Translations under genes and position numbers: made by a program
The notes under the pieces: model-generated
The model's database searches: none
What the model was told of the DNA's origin: nothing
Seen by the model: the letters and a program-made list of their open reading frames with translations, nothing else
DNA from: Ranitomeya imitator
Taxonomy: Eukaryota
Direction: 5' to 3'
NCBI RefSeq assembly: GCF_032444005.1
Contig: NC_091285.1
Coordinates: 240,932,001-240,996,000 of the forward strand
DNA length: 64,000 bases
Shown: positions 58,259 through 64,000 of the stretch, piece after piece
Position numbering within the stretch: the first letter of the stretch is position 1
Layout: every line of letters begins with the position of its first letter

Positions 58259-58636
58259 AAATCAGGGATTCAAGCTTCAGGAGGCTAATTTGCATATTCC
58301 AGGTGCCTTCTGGGAGAAGCGAAGTCTCCCTAAGCTAGAAGATCGTTGGGTACAGCCGGGACCAGCTGCTTCGAAAGCATCACCAAACCAGGGATTCAAG
58401 CTTCAGGAGGCTAATTTGCATATTCCAGGTGCCTTCTGGGAGAAGCGAAGTCTCCCTAAGCTAGAAGATCGTTGGGTACAGCCGGGACCAGCTGCTTCGA
58501 AAGCATCACCAAACCAGGGATTCAAGCTTCAGGAGGCTAATTTGCATATTCCAGGTGCCTTCTGGGAGAAGCGAAGTCTCCCTAAGCTAGAAGATCGTTG
58601 GGTACAGCCGGGACCAGCTGCTTCGAAAGCATCACC
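58259..58636 (+). promoter_or_regulatory. Three 126-bp monomers forming the CR1 5' UTR, each with an octamer ATTTGCAT
   Basis: Units start at 58259, 58385 and 58511; octamers at 58288, 58414 and 58540. The repeat is seen directly; promoter function is inferred. Confidence 0.7.
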
Positions 58637-58733
58637 AAACCGCGCGCCGTAGGACATTATTGCAAGAGAGCTTGGCTGAGTAGATTACACAAGAAGGAAA
58701 ACACACAGCAAGTCAGCAGGATCTAGGAGCAAC

Positions 58734-59687
58734 ATGGCAGATGTGACAACCTACATGGTGAGCTGCAGCATGTGCTACATGTTCACAGATCGACCAGAAG
58801 AAGAATCCAATTTCACCTGTCAGAAGTGTAGACTAGTGGCCCTTTTAGAAGAAAAGGTGCGGGGTCTGGAAGAAAGAATAGCAACTTTGAAACTCATCAA
58901 AGAGAATGAAGACTTTCTAGACAGAACAGAAGCATCTCTACTGGTCACAGAAGGTGCAAAAAGTGTCAGAGAACCTCCAAAAGCAGATGAGTGGAAGCAT
59001 GTGACCAAAAGAAGCAAGAAGACCATGGAGAAATCACCAACCACACAACTGAAGAACCGATATCAAATCTTTGTAGAGGATGAAGATGGCACACCTAAGA
59101 ATGAAGCAATACCAGCAAGCAAAAAAGAAAAGGGCACACAGCAACAAGTGACAGCAAAAAGTACAGCCAAGAAGCAACGAAGAGTGGTGGTGGTGGGAGA
59201 CTCACTACTGAGAGGCACCGAAGCAGCCATCTGCAGACCGGACATAACTGCAAGAGAAGTATGCTGCCTTCCAGGTGCGATGATCAAGGATGTGACCGAT
59301 AGGATACCAAAGCTCTTCAGCTCCAAGGACGTCCACCCATTTCTTCTGATACATGTTGGCACCAATGACACGGCAAGGAAGGACCTACCGACAATCTGCA
59401 AGGACTTTGAAGAGTTGGGGAAGAAAGTAAAGGAACTGGATGCACAGGTAGTTTTTTCTTCTATCCTTCCAGTAGACGGGCATGGCACCAGGAGATGGAA
59501 CAGGATCCTTGATGCAAACAACTGGCTAAGACGATGGTGCAGACAACAAGGATTTGGATTCCTGGACCACGGTGTGAATTACTGGTATGATGGACTCCTC
59601 GCCAGAGACGGACTACACCTCAACAAACCTGGGAAACAAACATTCGCCAGAAGACTCGCTACACTCATCAGGAGGGCGTTAAACTAG
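58734..59687 (+). CDS. CR1 ORF1p: zinc finger/leucine zipper plus SGNH(GDSL) esterase (317 aa)
   Basis: CSMC..CQKC, VVVGDSLLRG, IHVGTND, RDGLHLN. Confidence 0.93.
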   Translation: MADVTTYMVSCSMCYMFTDRPEEESNFTCQKCRLVALLEEKVRGLEERIATLKLIKENEDFLDRTEASLLVTEGAKSVREPPKADEWKHVTKRSKKTMEKSPTTQLKNRYQIFVEDEDGTPKNEAIPASKKEKGTQQQVTAKSTAKKQRRVVVVGDSLLRGTEAAICRPDITAREVCCLPGAMIKDVTDRIPKLFSSKDVHPFLLIHVGTNDTARKDLPTICKDFEELGKKVKELDAQVVFSSILPVDGHGTRRWNRILDANNWLRRWCRQQGFGFLDHGVNYWYDGLLARDGLHLNKPGKQTFARRLATLIRRALN

Positions 59688-59824
59688 AAGAAGAGGGGAC
59701 GGGAAGAAAAACATTAGACTCGAACAAAGACGACCCAGGAAAACATACTCAGAAGGGAGGTAAGAACATTTCTAAAACAATCCACAGTGAGGAGATTGGA
59801 ACAAAACAAAATCCTCTAAACTGC

Positions 59825-62605
59825 ATGCTCGCAAACGCCAGAAGCCTGACAAACAAGATGGAAGAACTAGAAGCAGAAATATCTACAGGTAACTTTGACA
59901 TAGTGGGAATAACCGAGACATGGTTAGATGAAAACTATGACTGGGCAGTTAACTTACAGGGTTACAGTCTGTTTAGAAAGGATCGTAAAAATCGGAGAGG
60001 AGGAGGGGTTTGTCTCTATGTAAAGTCTTGTCTAAAGTCCACTTTAAGGGAGGATATTAGCGAAGGGAATGAGGATGTCGAGTCCATATGGGTTGAAATT
60101 CATGGAGGGAAAAATGGTAACAAAATTCTCATTGGGGTCTGTTACAAACCCCCAAATATAACAGAAAGCATGGAAAGTCTACTTCTAAAGCAGATAGATG
60201 AAGCTGCAACCCATAATGAGGTCCTGGTTATGGGGGACTTTAACTACCCGGATATTAACTGGGAAACAGAAACCTGTGAAACCCATAAAGGCAACAGGTT
60301 TCTGCTAATAACCAAGAAAAATTATCTTTCACAATTGGTGCAGAATCCAACCAGAGGAGCAGCACTTTTAGACCTAATACTATCTAATAGACCTGACAGA
60401 ATAACAAATCTGCAGGTGGTTGGGCATTTAGGAAATAGCGACCACAATATTGTGCAGTTTCACTTGTCTTTCACTAGGGGGACTTGTCAGGGAGTCACAA
60501 AAACATTGAACTTTAGGAAGGCAAAGTTTGAACAGCTTAGAGATGCCCTTAATCTGGTAGACTGGGACAATATCCTCAGAAATGAGAATACAGATAATAA
60601 ATGGGAAATGTTTAAGAACATCCTAAATAGGCAGTGTAAGCGGTTTATACCTTGTGGGAATAAAAGGACTAGAAATAGGAAAAACCCAATGTGGCTAAAC
60701 AAAGAAGTAAGACAGGCAATTAACAGTAAAAAGAAAGCATTTGCACTACTAAAGCAGGATGGCACCATTGAAGCTCTAAAAAACTATAGGGAGAAAAATA
60801 CTTTATCTAAAAAACTAATTAAAGCTGCCAAAAAGGAAACAGAGAAGCACATTGCTAAGGAGAGTAAAACTAATCCCAAACTGTTCTTCAACTATATCAA
60901 TAGTAAAAGAATAAAAACTGAAAATGTAGGCCCCTTAAAAAATAGTGAGGAAAGAATGGTTGTAGATGACGAGGAAAAAGCTAACATATTAAACACCTTC
61001 TTCTCCACGGTATTCACGGTGGAAAATGAAATGCTAGGTGAAATCCCAAGAAACAATGAAAACCCTATATTAAGGGTCACCAATCTAACCCAAGAAGAGG
61101 TGCGAAACCGGCTAAATAAGATTAAAATAGATAAATCTCCGGGTCCGGATGGCATACACCCACGAGTACTAAGAGAACTAAGTAATGTAATAGATAAACC
61201 ATTATTTCTTATTTTTAGTGACTCTATAGCGACAGGGTCTGTTCCGCAGGACTGGCGCATAGCAAATGTGGTGCCAATATTCAAAAAGGGCTCTAAAAGT
61301 GAACCTGGAAATTATAGGCCAGTAAGTCTAACCTCTATTGTTGGTAAAATATTTGAAGGGTTTCTGAGGGATGTTATTCTGGATTATCTCAATGAGAATA
61401 ACTGTTTAACTCCATATCAGCATGGGTTTATGAGAAATCGCTCCTGTCAAACCAATCTAATCAGTTTTTATGAAGAGGTAAGCTATAGACTGGACCACGG
61501 TGAGTCATTGGACGTGGTATATCTCGATTTTTCCAAAGCGTTTGATACCGTACCGCACAAGAGGTTGCTACACAAAATGAGAATGCTTGGTCTGGGGGAA
61601 AATGTGTGTAAATGGGTTAGTAACTGGCTTAGTGATAGAAAGCAGAGGGTGGTTATAAATGGTATAGTCTCTAACTGGGTCGCTGTGACCAGTGGGGTAC
61701 CGCAGGGGTCAGTATTGGGACCTGTTCTCTTCAACATATTCATTAATGATCTGGTAGAAGGTTTACACAGTAAAATATCGATATTTGCAGATGATACAAA
61801 ACTATGTAAAGCAGTTAATACAAGAGAAGATAGTATTCTGCTACAGATGGATCTGGATAAGTTGGAAACTTGGGCTGAAAGGTGGCAGATGAGGTTTAAC
61901 AATGATAAATGTAAGGTTATACACATGGGAAGAGGGAATCAATATCACCATTACACACTGAACGGGAAACCACTGGGTAAATCTGACAGGGAGAAGGACT
62001 TGGGGATCCTAGTTAATGATAAACTTACCTGGAGCAGCCAGTGCCAGGCAGCAGCTGCCAAGGCAAACAGGATCATGGGGTGCATTAAAAGAGGTCTGGA
62101 TACACATGATGAGAGCATTATACTGCCTCTGTACAAATCCCTAGTTAGACCGCACATGGAGTACTGTGTCCAGTTTTGGGCACCGGTGCTCAGAAAGGAT
62201 ATAATGGAACTAGAGAGAGTACAAAGGAGGGCAACAAAATTAATAAAGGGGATGGGAGAACTACAATACCCAGATAGATTAGCGAAATTAGGACTATTTA
62301 GTCTAGAAAAAAGACGACTGAGGGGCGATCTAATAACCATGTATAAGTATATAAGGGGACAATACAAATATCTCGCTGAGGATCTGTTTATACCAAGGAA
62401 GGTGACGGGCACAAGGGGGCATTCTTTGCGTCTGGAGGAGAGAAGGTTTTTCCACCAACATAGAAGAGGATTCTTTACTGTTAGGGCAGTGAGAATCTGG
62501 AATTGCTTGCCTGAGGAGGTGGTGATGGCGAACTCAGTCGAGGGGTTCAAGAGAGGCCTGGATGTCTTCCTGGAGCAGAACAATATTGTATCATACAATT
62601 ATTAG
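59825..62605 (+). CDS. CR1 ORF2p: APE endonuclease plus reverse transcriptase (926 aa, intact)
   Basis: NARSL, GITETW, MGDFN, LDLIL, SDHN; [56 protein letters not shown]. Confidence 0.96.
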   Translation: MLANARSLTNKMEELEAEISTGNFDIVGITETWLDENYDWAVNLQGYSLFRKDRKNRRGGGVCLYVKSCLKSTLREDISEGNEDVESIWVEIHGGKNGNKILIGVCYKPPNITESMESLLLKQIDEAATHNEVLVMGDFNYPDINWETETCETHKGNRFLLITKKNYLSQLVQNPTRGAALLDLILSNRPDRITNLQVVGHLGNSDHNIVQFHLSFTRGTCQGVTKTLNFRKAKFEQLRDALNLVDWDNILRNENTDNKWEMFKNILNRQCKRFIPCGNKRTRNRKNPMWLNKEVRQAINSKKKAFALLKQDGTIEALKNYREKNTLSKKLIKAAKKETEKHIAKESKTNPKLFFNYINSKRIKTENVGPLKNSEERMVVDDEEKANILNTFFSTVFTVENEMLGEIPRNNENPILRVTNLTQEEVRNRLNKIKIDKSPGPDGIHPRVLRELSNVIDKPLFLIFSDSIATGSVPQDWRIANVVPIFKKGSKSEPGNYRPVSLTSIVGKIFEGFLRDVILDYLNENNCLTPYQHGFMRNRSCQTNLISFYEEVSYRLDHGESLDVVYLDFSKAFDTVPHKRLLHKMRMLGLGENVCKWVSNWLSDRKQRVVINGIVSNWVAVTSGVPQGSVLGPVLFNIFINDLVEGLHSKISIFADDTKLCKAVNTREDSILLQMDLDKLETWAERWQMRFNNDKCKVIHMGRGNQYHHYTLNGKPLGKSDREKDLGILVNDKLTWSSQCQAAAAKANRIMGCIKRGLDTHDESIILPLYKSLVRPHMEYCVQFWAPVLRKDIMELERVQRRATKLIKGMGELQYPDRLAKLGLFSLEKRRLRGDLITMYKYIRGQYKYLAEDLFIPRKVTGTRGHSLRLEERRFFHQHRRGFFTVRAVRIWNCLPEEVVMANSVEGFKRGLDVFLEQNNIVSYNY

Positions 62606-63269
62606 GTTCTGTAGAAGGACGTAGATCTGGGTATTTATTATGATGGAATATAGGCTGAACTGGATGGACAAATGTCTTTTTTCGGCCTTACTAACTATGT
62701 TACTATGTTACTATGTTACTAACGTCACATATATGGTCTGCAGAGCACTGGTGTAGACCTGATATTACCATTATATAGTCACTGTATGGTGGTAATATCA
62801 GTCTTAGTACAGTAGTTTTTGTTAATGGGGTCATCCTGCAAGGGAGAATCCTGACAGTGTGCTCTATGAGGATTCAGAAGTCTAAAGCCACTTAGCCGTT
62901 AACCTTAAGCCTGGACAACCCATTTTAATGATCAGTATTGTGGTATTATCATTACTGTATATGCTGGCAATATCTAGTTATGGTTTGCTGGTATTTGTCT
63001 GTTATATATTTTGGCACCAGTCAGATCCTGTGTTGAATTACATCTATACCAAGCCATGCATGTCAATTTTTACTGGAACAGGAAGGTCCAGGAACTGTCC
63101 AAGAAAACAGTTTTGTGTTTCTCTGAATGAGGCTGTGCATACACACCAGGACTCCACTATTGCAGAACAGTATAAATTCTCTTCTAATAATGGTATAGTC
63201 TCATTATTTGTGTTGATAGCTAATCAACTAAATACTTAGTAGATGAAAATGAATCTTTATATTACTTAC

Positions 63270-63455
63270 CTTTGTTTTGAATCTAAGTTAAGAATTCCAC
63301 CAACAGACCAGATAACTGAAAATAAACCATAAGCCATGATCATATGTTTGTCATCTTCATTTGTTTTCTTGCTAATTGTATTAAAACTTGGAGACTCTAA
63401 GTCCTCTGAAACTTCAAGGATTCCGTCTTCAGTGTCCATTTTTAGTTTTGCAGAA
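63270..63455 (-). CDS. Probable internal exon of a host axonemal dynein heavy chain gene (AAA2-lid region)
   Basis: 186 nt (a multiple of 3) between TTTCAG and AG|GTAAGT. It encodes ..KHMIMAYGLFSVIWSVGGILNLDSKQR, resembling the FLFSLIWSVGG..D.DSR.KF lid motif of DNAH3/7/12-type chains. The paralog cannot be assigned. Confidence 0.55.
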
Positions 63456-64000
63456 CTGAAATGATACAAAACAGTATGCAATGTCAAATATATGCAATGA
63501 TAAGTATACAGTATATGACGGAATGACAAACGCCAAGCGAAGTAATTCTGGCTACAACTCACCCTGTCATCGGAAATGACTGGAGTAAGCGTGGTACTAG
63601 TGCAGTAATGTTTTATGCTCTGCCCACAGAAGAGCAAAGTAAATTGTGCCCATGTAGACCTGTGAGGCTACTGTGCAGATGCAAAATTTTGCTTAGCTGA
63701 TACAAAATGTGTCATCTACATCAATCATAGCCAGAGGGCACAGATTAGGCGCACAAAAGAGGTACAGATGCCATAGGGTGGATGCTCATCGGACAGGACC
63801 ATCTTCAATTAAATACAATGTGGGAGCAATTAAAATAGTATTTTGGGGAGTATACAGAGGTGACAGATTCACTTTAAAAAAAAACTGCTATGGTTATAGT
63901 CACTAGATTATATTGGAGAGAATATTGGCCTTTAATCTGGAAATGTATCTTTATATAATATTCATACTCTTGAAAATATTTTTTTAAATTTCTAATAAGA

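Larger units (their letters stand above)
58259..62720 (+). mobile_element. Apparently full-length, coding-intact CR1 LINE
   Basis: 5' monomer array, ORF1, ORF2, a short 3' UTR and an (ACTATGTT)3 tail at 62694-62720. Confidence 0.95.

Noticed and set aside
59591-59687. Programmed -1 frameshift between CR1 ORF1 and ORF2
   Set aside because: The ORF2 frame is open from 59591 in the -1 frame, but the only slippery-like heptamer (GGGAAAC at 59631) is in the wrong phase; overlapping frames are ordinary for CR1.
60487-62598. Long antisense ORFs over CR1 ORF2 (and similar ones over the hAT, L1 and Gypsy ORFs)
   Set aside because: Shadow frames of real coding sequence with no independent motifs.
62928-63239. 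Plus-strand KPCMSIFTGTGRS as a dynein P-loop exon
   Set aside because: It is on the opposite strand to the lid-like exon, lacks the GxxxxGK lysine, and has no clear splice sites.

Overview
Vertebrate genomic DNA, most likely an anuran (frog); this is inferred from the TE repertoire of T2/Kolobok-type MITEs, a V-SINE, Tc1, CR1/L2/L1 and Gmr1-like Gypsy. The window is a dense, nested stack of transposable elements. The main object is a 24.7-kb hAT DNA transposon (21745-46422) with matching 11-bp TIRs, a perfect 8-bp target-site duplication and a stop-free 1114-aa BED-finger transposase. Its interior is a roughly 15-kb hierarchy of tandem repeats, partly built from eight amplified copies of a captured T2-type MITE, and it carries a very young LTR insertion and a Penelope-like insertion. 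Two other elements also look coding-intact: a Gmr1-type (PR-IN-RT-RH) Gypsy with a SCAN-like gag at 1-4890, and a CR1 LINE at 58259-62720 whose 5' end is three 126-bp octamer-bearing monomers. Also present are a full-length but frameshifted L1 with a 17-bp TSD, four decayed Tc1 elements, an L2 fragment, two internally deleted chromodomain Gypsy elements, MITEs, a SINE and two Penelope-like inverted-repeat inserts with hammerhead-like motifs. The only plausible host-gene piece is one minus-strand exon (63270-63455) resembling an axonemal dynein heavy chain AAA-lid, so most of the window may be intronic. All homology calls are by eye from motifs; no database searches were run.
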